Below, piece by piece: positions 28,786 to 38,024 of a stretch of 64,000 nt of DNA. The notes beneath the pieces are model-generated. The model saw only the letters and a list, made by a program, of their open reading frames with translations, did not search any database and had not been told where the DNA came from. The stretch lies in IMG/VR virus record IMGVR_UViG_3300027833_000011. One strand, 5' to 3'. Numbering within the stretch: position 1 is the first letter of the stretch; each line of letters begins with the position of its first letter. The translations under genes were made by a program, and so were the position numbers. The stretch comes from a virus. Lineage: Duplodnaviria > Caudoviricetes.

Positions 28786-29353
28786 TATTCATTTCTTTTT
28801 CTTCTAAAATGGCTAAGTCTGTCGCTTGTTTTAATAGTTGACCTAATTTAGTTGTGTACCATCTTACTTGTTTATCATCGTCACTTTTATCGTGATTTAA
28901 GATTGCTTGGTATTCGTCTTCCGTTAATTTAACACCGTTAGAGAGAGCGTAATGAGCACTCCTTTCTCCTACCCTCATTGACACTAACTCTTCGTTATAC
29001 TCAAAGTATTTACCCAAATTAGTCATATGCCACTCACTTTTACAAGGGGTGAATAAAAATGTCTTCCCAATTTCAGATAAAAACGAAACCTTAAGTATAG
29101 ATTCCATAGATTCCTGTATTGATTCGGGAATTGATTTATTCAGATAAACGGCATATTTAGCAACCTTTATGGTGTGGTCTAATAACCCACCAGGAAAGGC
29201 GTTATTCATATCCTTCATAGGAGATGCGGGGGATAGAAAAAATCCCTGACCTAAAAAGTCTAAAAGGTCTTTTGTGAAAATATTATATTTCTCATTAACC
29301 TCTTCAAACTTTTTAATGTTTCTCTCTAATTTTTGTTTATCTAATGTGACCAT
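28775..29353 (-). CDS. HD-domain (YhaM-like) protein with degenerate HD motif
   Basis: PAS...NAFPGGLLDHT, FLSEIGK (normally LHDxGK), AILNHD. Confidence 0.6.
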   Translation of the reverse strand: MVTLDKQKLERNIKKFEEVNEKYNIFTKDLLDFLGQGFFLSPASPMKDMNNAFPGGLLDHTIKVAKYAVYLNKSIPESIQESMESILKVSFLSEIGKTFLFTPCKSEWHMTNLGKYFEYNEELVSMRVGERSAHYALSNGVKLTEDEYQAILNHDKSDDDKQVRWYTTKLGQLLKQATDLAILEEKEMNNGK

Positions 29354-29355
29354 TT

Positions 29356-29592
29356 TTAATTAGTGTAATACTTTGGAGAAAGTGTTGAGTTTAATACGTC
29401 CTCATATGTCGCTTTAGTAATTGTTAATACTTCAGAACCTCTACTATCTTCACTTCTGTATTTTGCAATAACAATCATCGCCTCTTCAACGGACTGTGCC
29501 TCTACTAAGTAACGTGATTTTTTCATTTTAGGGTTTCCGTCTTTGTCTAAGTTTTCAGTTTCGTAACCTACTGTAATCGTGTAATTCATCAT
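29356..29592 (-). CDS. DUF4494-like protein
   Basis: KMKKSRYLVEAQSVEEA resembles the Bacteroidota DUF4494 YLVDAxSxTEAE pattern. Confidence 0.5.
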   Translation of the reverse strand: MMNYTITVGYETENLDKDGNPKMKKSRYLVEAQSVEEAMIVIAKYRSEDSRGSEVLTITKATYEDVLNSTLSPKYYTN

Positions 29593-29594
29593 TT

Positions 29595-30818
29595 TTATTT
29601 ATTTATTAATTGTTTATAAAATTCTTTTCTTTTCTCTGTAGTCGTTTTAAGGTGATACTTGTCTTTGACACTCTCATATAATCTCTCACCTAAATCCTCG
29701 ACTAACGAAGGATTGTTCATTAATCTCTTAATGTGTTCAAACCAAAATTTATGATTTTTATTTGAAGAAATCAAAAATGCGGTACCTTTATCGTTAAACT
29801 TACCTCTATTCCAAACATTGACTAATGTTGAGGAATACATACCAAAATCTTGAGAGATTAATGCTTTCTTATAGAAACCCGCTTCGATTATCTTTAATTC
29901 TGACTTCATTGAGTTAAATTCGTTTTCAACCAATGGGGCCAAAGATACGTCAAATTGAGTATAACCCAACGCGTATTTGTTAATCGGTTCAGTCCATATT
30001 CTACGATAGTTTTCGTTAGAATCGTCATACTCTAAATCTCTGTTGAATTTCAAAAGATGTTCCCTATAATCGTCAGATAAATTTTTAAACTTATTAGTTA
30101 GGGTTGCTTCATATCCAAACCAAGAGGTTTCCCATGGTTTAACGGGTCTTTTCTTCTGTCCCTGAGGGGTTTGTTCGATAATGTTACCACGAGTGTCATA
30201 ACCACAAAGAACAAACTGATACTTATCCTTAAATTGAGATTCCATCTTACCTGACATTCCATCCATAAGTTTAATGTCTTCACCGTGAGAAGAACCACCT
30301 AACCATCCAATCCTAAGTTTATCAGTTTTTTTAGTCTCACCTTTAAACTGTTTTTCTTCAGGGTCGATAGAGTTTTCAATTACTATGACATTTTTTATAC
30401 CAATACTTTTTAGTTTAGATGCAAAGATAGGTGTTGTTGTGGTTACATAGTCCACAGACCTTAATAACGATAATTGATTTTTAGAATATCCGTTATCATT
30501 ATATGTCTTCTGTAATGGATGACCATTAGGTAATAACCAATAATCATCAACGTCCATAACCACCTTAGAACCTCCTTTTTGGATTTCTTTAATCTTACTT
30601 ACTTGCCATTCAGTGTCTTTACCTCTGACCAGTCGTTTATGAAAATGTATGATGTGATAATCATTGAAATTAATATTCTCCACGTTATCAAAAACAATGT
30701 CAACAAAGAACTCGTCTGAGTAATGGTTGTTTAAGTAAATGTGTGGGTCTAATGAACGATATTTACCAATACCTGAAGTGTCGGATGGTAATACCAATAT
30801 TTTAATAAGCTCTGACAT
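29595..30818 (-). CDS. Glycosyltransferase, GT-B/GT4-like
   Basis: VVMDVDDYW, VTTTTP, LRIGWLGGSSH, DVSLAPL..NEFNSMKSELKIIEAG. Confidence 0.8.
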   Translation of the reverse strand: MSELIKILVLPSDTSGIGKYRSLDPHIYLNNHYSDEFFVDIVFDNVENINFNDYHIIHFHKRLVRGKDTEWQVSKIKEIQKGGSKVVMDVDDYWLLPNGHPLQKTYNDNGYSKNQLSLLRSVDYVTTTTPIFASKLKSIGIKNVIVIENSIDPEEKQFKGETKKTDKLRIGWLGGSSHGEDIKLMDGMSGKMESQFKDKYQFVLCGYDTRGNIIEQTPQGQKKRPVKPWETSWFGYEATLTNKFKNLSDDYREHLLKFNRDLEYDDSNENYRRIWTEPINKYALGYTQFDVSLAPLVENEFNSMKSELKIIEAGFYKKALISQDFGMYSSTLVNVWNRGKFNDKGTAFLISSNKNHKFWFEHIKRLMNNPSLVEDLGERLYESVKDKYHLKTTTEKRKEFYKQLINK

Positions 30819-30839
30819 AAATTATAATTTAACTACTTA

Positions 30840-30868
30840 AATGTAGTTAAACCATAATAATAAGTCAA
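30840..30868 (-). promoter_or_regulatory. Sigma70-like promoter for the GT/nucleotide cluster
   Basis: TTGACT-N17-TACATT on the minus strand. Confidence 0.5.
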
Positions 30869-30872
30869 AAGA

Positions 30873-31496
30873 TTACTTAACGTTTCTAACGTCTGTTATT
30901 TTTCCTATGAACATAGAGTCACCAACTCTAATTTGTAGATTCTCACTAATTTCTTTATTAGACTCCATTAACTTATTTAACTTAGATTCTACGATATCAT
31001 CTAAAGTCTCTGTAATAGCTTCTTTAATAAAACTCTTTAACTCTTCATTTAAGTTAAGAGAAGTGGTTTGTCTTTGTATTGGTTGTATTGGTTGTGTTGG
31101 TGTTACAGGTTGAGGTATTTTTTGTCCCCCTGAAGTGAACTTAGATTGTTCTTCCATTTTCTTAGCAACCTCATCTATAAAATCAGATGATAAGTTATTT
31201 TCAAAATTAACGGTAGGAATTGGATTCTCTAACATTAATTGTTTGATGTTGTCAGGTAGGTTTGAACCTTTAATTTTATCCTCTGACATATTACTTTTAA
31301 CATCTCTTTGTGTTCTATTAGAACTAACCTGTGTTTGTTGAGGAGATGGTTGTTGTGGTGAGGATTGTAAATTGTCTGTGTCCTGAGATAACATAGACGC
31401 ATCAACATTACCAGTTGTGTACGATTTATTATCAACCTTAGACATAACTTGCTTAGCGGCTAATAATGAGTTTTGTAACTTTTCGAATCCTTCCAT
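30873..31496 (-). CDS. Hypothetical protein (Gln/Pro-rich linkers)
   Basis: The start MEGFEK at 31496 avoids overlap with the WYL gene. Confidence 0.6.
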   Translation of the reverse strand: MEGFEKLQNSLLAAKQVMSKVDNKSYTTGNVDASMLSQDTDNLQSSPQQPSPQQTQVSSNRTQRDVKSNMSEDKIKGSNLPDNIKQLMLENPIPTVNFENNLSSDFIDEVAKKMEEQSKFTSGGQKIPQPVTPTQPIQPIQRQTTSLNLNEELKSFIKEAITETLDDIVESKLNKLMESNKEISENLQIRVGDSMFIGKITDVRNVK

Positions 31497-31533
31497 AATA
31501 CTATTTTTTAGTAAATATAAGTAATTTTTGTGA

Positions 31534-31911
31534 TTAGTCAAACTTTGCAATCTCAAAAACTTGAGACATGTGCTTATCCCCTTTTGGGTTAAAATACGGT
31601 CTAGGAGTTTCAAAAGTGTCGTTAGTTGGTGAACTATTATTTATCTTATCTAATCTAAATAACCTCCACCCTGGTTGGTTTTCAGGAGTATCACTCGACC
31701 CTCTAACTTGCCAAGCCCTTAATACAACGTTTCCCGATACGTTATGAGGACCAAAGGCAACAGGTTCGATTTCTCTATATCCTTTATTAATCGTTTGGTC
31801 ACCTGCGTAAAAAATAGTAATAACTTTTTTGTTACGTATTGCGTCAGCGATAGTATCACGACTAACGGCCTCTTTAATGATTAAGGATTTAAGTGACTGG
31901 ATTAGTTTCAT
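31534..31911 (-). CDS. Stand-alone WYL-domain protein
   Basis: ITIFY...REIEPVAFG...VLRAWQ...WRLFRLDKI; no HTH domain. Confidence 0.75.
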   Translation of the reverse strand: MKLIQSLKSLIIKEAVSRDTIADAIRNKKVITIFYAGDQTINKGYREIEPVAFGPHNVSGNVVLRAWQVRGSSDTPENQPGWRLFRLDKINNSSPTNDTFETPRPYFNPKGDKHMSQVFEIAKFD

Positions 31912-32297
31912 TAGAAATTAGGATATTCGTTTGATGGTCCGTATTGGTTAGACGATGTATTATTACCTCTTGTTAATATATCAGTCGTTCCACCAATAGT
32001 ATTAGTTTGTCCCTTACCCGCCTCATCACCATCTGATAGTGCGTTAGGGTGTGAAGAACCGTAAGAATTGGCTCCGTTATATTCGTTACTATTAACTAAT
32101 GTTTGTCTTGTTAGTATATCAGTCGAACTACCTGTTGTATTAGTTAACCCTTTACCTGCTTCATCACCATCTGATAATGCGTTAGGGTGGGTAGAACTAT
32201 ATTCATCACTCTCAGTACCATCGTAGGTGTTTGAGGTCATCAAAGCAGTTCTTTGTTGATTTGCGATTTCTGTTAGTTTTTCGTTTGCGTTTGACAT
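31911..32297 (-). CDS. Hypothetical protein with an internal 46-aa duplication
   Basis: HPNALSDGDEAGKG...TDILTR occurs twice, 138 nt apart. Confidence 0.7.
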   Translation of the reverse strand: MSNANEKLTEIANQQRTALMTSNTYDGTESDEYSSTHPNALSDGDEAGKGLTNTTGSSTDILTRQTLVNSNEYNGANSYGSSHPNALSDGDEAGKGQTNTIGGTTDILTRGNNTSSNQYGPSNEYPNF

Positions 32298-32316
32298 ATT
32301 CTTTTTATTATAAATA

Positions 32317-32754
32317 TTACTTAATTAGTTTATGGTATTTTTTAATACTTTCAGATAACCTGCTCACATCCACAGAAGGGACTTGACCATTCTTTTCATG
32401 TGACTTTCTATAAGCATTACTCTTACCCGGAGTTAAATCAGCCGCTCTTTGTGCCGATTTTTTCTGTTGTTCAATTTCTTTCCTAGCGTTATCTAATGTA
32501 GTATTAACCCACTTATACATAACCTCACCACCATTAAGGTTAAACGAGTCAGGATTTTCTTCTTGGTTTATATTTTTAAAGTCGTATTTTAATCTCTTAA
32601 GTTGTTGATACGTCATAACCCTTTCTTCGACCAATCTACGTAAACGTTTCATTCCCTCACCTTTAACGTGACCCATTTTCTTTAAAGTCTCGTTTAAGTG
32701 TTTAACAATGTTGTTCGGTATTTGAAATTCTTTGTTATGTAATTTACGATTCAT
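32317..32754 (-). CDS. Hypothetical basic protein
   Basis: 145-aa ORF in the operon. Confidence 0.6.
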   Translation of the reverse strand: MNRKLHNKEFQIPNNIVKHLNETLKKMGHVKGEGMKRLRRLVEERVMTYQQLKRLKYDFKNINQEENPDSFNLNGGEVMYKWVNTTLDNARKEIEQQKKSAQRAADLTPGKSNAYRKSHEKNGQVPSVDVSRLSESIKKYHKLIK

Positions 32755-32756
32755 TA

Positions 32757-33485
32757 CTACTTAAGTTTGTTAATAATATATTTTTTATCTTCGTCAGATA
32801 AATCTATTAAAAATTTTAATTTTCTATCTAATATTGGATTTGGTTCAGATTCAACATCATCTTCCTCCTCTATTGTTGGTTCTAAAATGTCTTTAGGTAA
32901 ATCTTTTTTTGATATTACCGAATCAACATATTCTTCAATCTGACCTTTAGTCATCTTTTCGATAAGTCTTACCTTATCTTCTGATGATGGGATATAACCC
33001 ATTTTTTCTAATCTTTCTTTAGCGTCGATTTCTTCGAAGTCTAATTCGTCCATAAAATATTTTAACGCCTCTTCATAAGATGCGTTCTTACCCATTGTTT
33101 CTTCAAATCCTAATGAATCGTCCATTTCTGACTCACCCCAATATCTTCTCATATAATGTCCTTTTTGGAATGGAGGTTGAGAGGTTGCACTTACTTGTGC
33201 ATCAGAGGTCTTTCTAGCGGTAACACTTTTAGCTCTAATATCTTTAGGTATTTTTGATGTCGGGATTGACCCGTCAAAATCTACAATTTCTTCAATATCT
33301 TCTTCAGTTGCCTTTTCAGGTAACTTTTTGAAGTTAGTATCTTTAGCGAATTCATCAGCCATATTACACCATTTCTTCTTTTCTTTTTTTGAAAGTGAAT
33401 CGTCATTACACTTAGCAAAGAAGAATTTTTGTTGTTTTTTTGACTCAAATTTCTCTAATACAATCTGTTTTAATCTTTGGTCCAT
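32757..33485 (-). CDS. Hypothetical protein
   Basis: 242-aa ORF; late motif upstream. Confidence 0.6.
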   Translation of the reverse strand: MDQRLKQIVLEKFESKKQQKFFFAKCNDDSLSKKEKKKWCNMADEFAKDTNFKKLPEKATEEDIEEIVDFDGSIPTSKIPKDIRAKSVTARKTSDAQVSATSQPPFQKGHYMRRYWGESEMDDSLGFEETMGKNASYEEALKYFMDELDFEEIDAKERLEKMGYIPSSEDKVRLIEKMTKGQIEEYVDSVISKKDLPKDILEPTIEEEDDVESEPNPILDRKLKFLIDLSDEDKKYIINKLK

Positions 33486-33541
33486 AGATAAAATTCTTTA
33501 TTTATAAATATCAAACAACTTTAAAGATATTTATTATTATC

Positions 33542-34684
33542 ATGAGTATAACAAATAAATATCAAAATTCAGGTTCTGAACTAGGATTATCCCTTAATAA
33601 AGGGTATTTCTACGATGTTACACCACAAGTAAAAAATATAACAAATATGAATTTATTGTATAGTAATCGTCTTTTTGATGATAAATTAGCGATAGATGTA
33701 AACCCAAACGATAGGGAAATCCTTTACATTAGTGATACAACTATCCCACAATCTATGATGGCAAACTTCGTAGGTAAGGATGGTTTTGATAACAATCTTT
33801 TTTATAGATATCACTTTAAAAAACCAGGAAAACAAGTTTTTCAAAATATAATGTCATGTGGTTGGACATTTGAAACAGTGATGAATTTCGACAATAAAGA
33901 TATGACCGATTTTAGTGTGTTTTATTATTTAGGTGTTGGTTTTGAAAAAGAATTAGTCGACGGAGAATTGGTGGACACATCAAGAAGTTACGAAAAAGAT
34001 TATTTACACAACAATATAGCATTTGGTTTTGATAAGAACAAAAGTATTGTTGTTCGTTCAGCAAGATACACTGAGGAGTGTTATGGTTGTGATGAAGAAG
34101 AAAAGAATTATTCTTCAACCGCATGTGGTGGAGATAGTAGTGTAACAGTTACTTCAGGTAATTTAGTTACGGGCTCTACGTTATACGAACATTCGTTTGA
34201 TAAGGCGATATGTAGTGATGATAATACTAACTTTTTAGTTACGGTTAAATTTGAAAGAGACTCAAGTATCATTAATAACATGTGTACCGAACTGGGAACT
34301 AAGTTTGTAGAGTCAGAATCAGAACGAATTGGTACTTTAAAGGTCTATGTTAATGGGTTACTATATGGTTCAATATATGGTTTTGAAGATATTGTTACTC
34401 GTAGAGCTAGTTTACCTGTTCATGAATTTGTACAGGGTTGGGGATTCTCAGATAATTTCTTCATTAGTGAAGATTATAATATGTTTGGAACGTTTGAGGG
34501 TAAACAACCAAGAGGTAGATTCCACTCAAACCCGTTGTCTTTATCTGAAATAAGACACAATTACAAACAATTAAAGGACTGTTATGATATCGTTGGTTGT
34601 TTTGAGGTTGGATGTGGACCATCGTTCCCAATTAGGGTTTTAGATGAATGTCCTGAAGATAAAAATAACACAACAACACTATAA
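33542..34684 (+). CDS. Putative LamG/concanavalin-like virion protein
   Basis: LKVYVNG and C-terminal FHSNPLSLSEIRHNY pattern; Cys-rich; late motif upstream. Confidence 0.45.
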   Translation: MSITNKYQNSGSELGLSLNKGYFYDVTPQVKNITNMNLLYSNRLFDDKLAIDVNPNDREILYISDTTIPQSMMANFVGKDGFDNNLFYRYHFKKPGKQVFQNIMSCGWTFETVMNFDNKDMTDFSVFYYLGVGFEKELVDGELVDTSRSYEKDYLHNNIAFGFDKNKSIVVRSARYTEECYGCDEEEKNYSSTACGGDSSVTVTSGNLVTGSTLYEHSFDKAICSDDNTNFLVTVKFERDSSIINNMCTELGTKFVESESERIGTLKVYVNGLLYGSIYGFEDIVTRRASLPVHEFVQGWGFSDNFFISEDYNMFGTFEGKQPRGRFHSNPLSLSEIRHNYKQLKDCYDIVGCFEVGCGPSFPIRVLDECPEDKNNTTTL

Positions 34685-34688
34685 TATT

Positions 34689-35033
34689 ATGGAACACTTT
34701 ATAAAACAACACTCACAGGAACCAATTTTATCGGTTACGTTATATAACGACGAAAAATTCTTTAAAGAACCTTTTGGTGATAGAATTGAGAATTCTATTA
34801 TTACTTTTAATATGGTCGATGAAAAAGGGGCTTATAAAATATTAAACGGTGAGTGTGACTTAATTTTTGAAAATGGTGATTACTCCATCATATATCTTTT
34901 TACCAAATCAGACACTAAAAAAATTGGTGAATATAAAGGAGAATTTAAAATACAATTCTTAAACGACACGTACAGAGTCTCTACTGAGACCATACTACCA
35001 ATAAAAGAAGAATTAATCGTTTCGATTATTTGA
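34689..35033 (+). CDS. BppU-N/Ig-like baseplate-associated protein
   Basis: MEHFIKQHSQEPILSVTL...YKGEFKIQF; ATG at 34689. Confidence 0.45.
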   Translation: MEHFIKQHSQEPILSVTLYNDEKFFKEPFGDRIENSIITFNMVDEKGAYKILNGECDLIFENGDYSIIYLFTKSDTKKIGEYKGEFKIQFLNDTYRVSTETILPIKEELIVSII

Positions 35034-35059
35034 TAATTTACCAGTTTTTCGTATCTTTG
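35029..35059 (+). promoter_or_regulatory. Bacteroidota housekeeping-type promoter upstream of DNA polymerase
   Basis: TTTG (35029-32)-N19-TATCTTTG (35052-59) matches the TTTG/TAnnTTTG consensus. Confidence 0.65.
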
Positions 35060-35101
35060 TTTTGAATGTCAAAGAGTAATCTCACCATTGTGTGAGAGAT
35101 A

Positions 35102-37972
35102 ATGTCTCAGACGAAAAACAATATTAAAATGGTAACTACAGAACAAATTGAATCCTTTCTACTAGGAGAAGACGACGAAAAATATATTGTCGCATTAGAG
35201 TATGACTACAGAACCGACAAGGTATACAAAGTTATTCAAGACCCTGAGAAGGGCAAACAAATCAAATCAGACACCTTTACTCCATTCGCTTGGGTTGGTG
35301 ACCTTAGAGGTAAGAACTTCTATAATGGGTCAAAAGCACAACAAAAAGATGCGATGACACATAACGGTATTATGATTGAAACTCTTAATACTATGGGTGA
35401 CCCGAGAATGGAATCAGGTCTTAGGTACATCGTAAAATCAACAAAATCTTATTCATCATTAGTAAACTTCTTTAGGAAGGGCGGTTTAGACCCGTGGAGT
35501 CGTGATAATTCAGATTGTATAACAATACTACCACCTGTGGAGATGTATTTAGTACAAAAAGAAAAAAGACTTTTTAAAGGGTTTGAAGAATATGACGAAC
35601 TACACCGTTTTGTTTTCGATATTGAAACAACAGGTCTATCACCTGAAACGAGTAAAATATTCTTAATAGGGATGAAAGATAATAAAGGGTATCATAAATC
35701 TTTATCTGCAGAAAACGAAGAAGAAGAGGCTAAGATTATTGAAGAGTTCTTTGAAGAAATACATAAAATAAAACCAACATTGATTGGTGGGTATAACTCC
35801 GCTTTTTTCGATTTTCCTTTTATATTACGTAGAGCCGAGATATTAGGTTTAGATATTAAAAAGATTGCTCGAACCTTACACCCTGAAAAACCATTACGAC
35901 AAAAAGATTCGATTCTTAAGTTAGCCAATGAAATGGAGGACTTCACACAAACAATGATGTGGGGGTATAATATTATTGATATTGCACATGCGGTACGTAG
36001 GACACAAGCAATTAACTCAGACATTAAGAGTTGGGGTCTTAAGTATATCACACAGTTCATTGGTGCTGAGAAAGAGAATCGTGTATATGTACAAGGGGAT
36101 AAAATTGGTAAAACCTACTTTGATAATGAACAGTTTTACTACAACCCTAAGTCGGGAGGGTTTAAGAAAATAGGTGACCCTGGTACAGAAAACATATTAC
36201 AGAGATTTCCAAACCAATTTGAAATTAAAACAGGTAAGAACATAATTGAAATGTATTTGGATGATGACCTTTATGAGACTATGGTTGTCGATGAAGAGTT
36301 CAATCAAGCAAACTTCTTACTGTCTAAGTTGGTACCAACAACCTACGAAAGATTATCAACAATGGGTACGGCAACATTATGGAAGATGATTATGCAGGCT
36401 TGGTCATATAAAAATGGTTTAGCCATTCCATCGAGAGGTGAGAAAAGACCATTTACGGGAGGTTTATCAAGGTTACTTGCCGTAGGGTATTCAACTGATG
36501 TACTAAAACTCGATTACTCTTCACTTTACCCATCAATACAATTGGTACATGATGTTTTTCCAAAGTGTGACGTAACAGGAGCAATGAAGATGATGTTAAA
36601 GTATTTCCGTGATACTCGTATTAAATATAAGAAATTGGCAGCTGATTTTTATGTAGAAGACCCTAAACTCTCTTCTCAGTATAATCGTAAACAATTACCG
36701 ATTAAGATTTTCATTAACGCCTTTTTCGGTTCATTATCAGCGCCACACGTTTTTCCGTGGGGAGATATGGATATGGGAGAACAAATAACATGTACAGGTA
36801 GACAATACCTTAGACAGATGATTATGTGGTTTATGGAGAGAGAATATAAACCATTAGTAATGGACACAGATGGTGTTAACTTCTCAGTTCCTGAGGGTAG
36901 AGATGAACACACATATGTCGGTAAAGGGTTAAACGGATTGGTTGTTGAAGGTAAAACGTATAGTGGTTCTGAAGCAGATGTTGCTGAGTATAATGACATC
37001 TTTATGAGAGACGAAATGGGGTTAGATACTGACGGACAATGGCCAGCAACAATTAACTTAGCACGTAAGAATTACGCCCTTTTAACCAATACGGGAAAGG
37101 TTAAGTTAACAGGTAATACCATTAAGTCTAAAAAAATGTCCACATATATTGCGGATTTTTTAGATAAAGGTTTAGCATTATTATTAGATGGTAAGGGTCA
37201 TGAATTTTTAGAGTACTATTATGAGTATGTGACTGTTATTTATAATAGACAGATACCTCTTTCTAAAATAGCGAATAAGGCACGTGTTAAACAATCAACC
37301 TCAGATTATAAAATACACATACAAAAGAGAACTAAGTCAGGTTCATTAATGTCTAGACAGGCACATATGGAGTTAATTTTAAAACACGAAATTAAAGTAG
37401 GTTTAGGTGATACAATATATTACGTTAACAATGGAGCACGTAAATCTCACGGTGACGTACAAAAAGTAAAAGATGTCGTAAAACTTAATTGTTATTTTAT
37501 ACCTGAAGATGATATCACAAAACACCCTGATAAGTTAGGAGAGTATAATATACCAAGATATATGGCAGCATTTAATAAACGTATTGAACCTTTGTTAGTT
37601 GTCTTTAATACGGAGATTAGAGATGAGATATTAGTTGATGACCCTAACGACAGACAATACTTCACACGAGGTCAAACAGAGTTGGTTAGAGGTTATCCTC
37701 GTAGAGACGGTGACCAAGACACATTAGATGAGGTATTAACACTATCTGACACAGAACTTAAGTTTTGGAAAGATGTGAATATAGACCCATATTATATGTA
37801 CGTAGACGGTACAATGTCATTGGTTGATAATAAAAGAATTGAACATAACCAATATTTATTAAAAAACTTTGTAGAGGTAGAGAAGAAAGTATCAATAACT
37901 AATAGAGTGATACCACAACCCAAACCTTTTGTTAAACCTAAAACAAATCAACAAACGTTTAAATTTAAATAA
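35102..37972 (+). CDS. Family B DNA polymerase
   Basis: Exonuclease motifs FDIETTG, GYNSAFFDF and YLDDD; polymerase motifs DYSSLYPSI, KIFINAFFG and MDTDG; RKNYA. The start may be ATG 35129. Confidence 0.95.
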   Translation: MSQTKNNIKMVTTEQIESFLLGEDDEKYIVALEYDYRTDKVYKVIQDPEKGKQIKSDTFTPFAWVGDLRGKNFYNGSKAQQKDAMTHNGIMIETLNTMGDPRMESGLRYIVKSTKSYSSLVNFFRKGGLDPWSRDNSDCITILPPVEMYLVQKEKRLFKGFEEYDELHRFVFDIETTGLSPETSKIFLIGMKDNKGYHKSLSAENEEEEAKIIEEFFEEIHKIKPTLIGGYNSAFFDFPFILRRAEILGLDIKKIARTLHPEKPLRQKDSILKLANEMEDFTQTMMWGYNIIDIAHAVRRTQAINSDIKSWGLKYITQFIGAEKENRVYVQGDKIGKTYFDNEQFYYNPKSGGFKKIGDPGTENILQRFPNQFEIKTGKNIIEMYLDDDLYETMVVDEEFNQANFLLSKLVPTTYERLSTMGTATLWKMIMQAWSYKNGLAIPSRGEKRPFTGGLSRLLAVGYSTDVLKLDYSSLYPSIQLVHDVFPKCDVTGAMKMMLKYFRDTRIKYKKLAADFYVEDPKLSSQYNRKQLPIKIFINAFFGSLSAPHVFPWGDMDMGEQITCTGRQYLRQMIMWFMEREYKPLVMDTDGVNFSVPEGRDEHTYVGKGLNGLVVEGKTYSGSEADVAEYNDIFMRDEMGLDTDGQWPATINLARKNYALLTNTGKVKLTGNTIKSKKMSTYIADFLDKGLALLLDGKGHEFLEYYYEYVTVIYNRQIPLSKIANKARVKQSTSDYKIHIQKRTKSGSLMSRQAHMELILKHEIKVGLGDTIYYVNNGARKSHGDVQKVKDVVKLNCYFIPEDDITKHPDKLGEYNIPRYMAAFNKRIEPLLVVFNTEIRDEILVDDPNDRQYFTRGQTELVRGYPRRDGDQDTLDEVLTLSDTELKFWKDVNIDPYYMYVDGTMSLVDNKRIEHNQYLLKNFVEVEKKVSITNRVIPQPKPFVKPKTNQQTFKFK

Positions 37973-38005
37973 AAAAAGAAACCCATCAATTACGATGGGT
38001 TTTTT
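37973..38005. terminator. Bidirectional terminator
   Basis: AAACCCATC-AATTAC-GATGGGTTT flanked by A and T runs between convergent genes. Confidence 0.85.
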
Positions 38006-38024
38006 AATTCGATGATACTCTAAA

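Noticed and set aside
7061-37972. Inteins or introns in terL, portal, capsid or DNA polymerase
   Set aside because: No intein-type C...HN splice motifs, LAGLIDADG motifs or interrupted frames were seen, and the lengths are ordinary.
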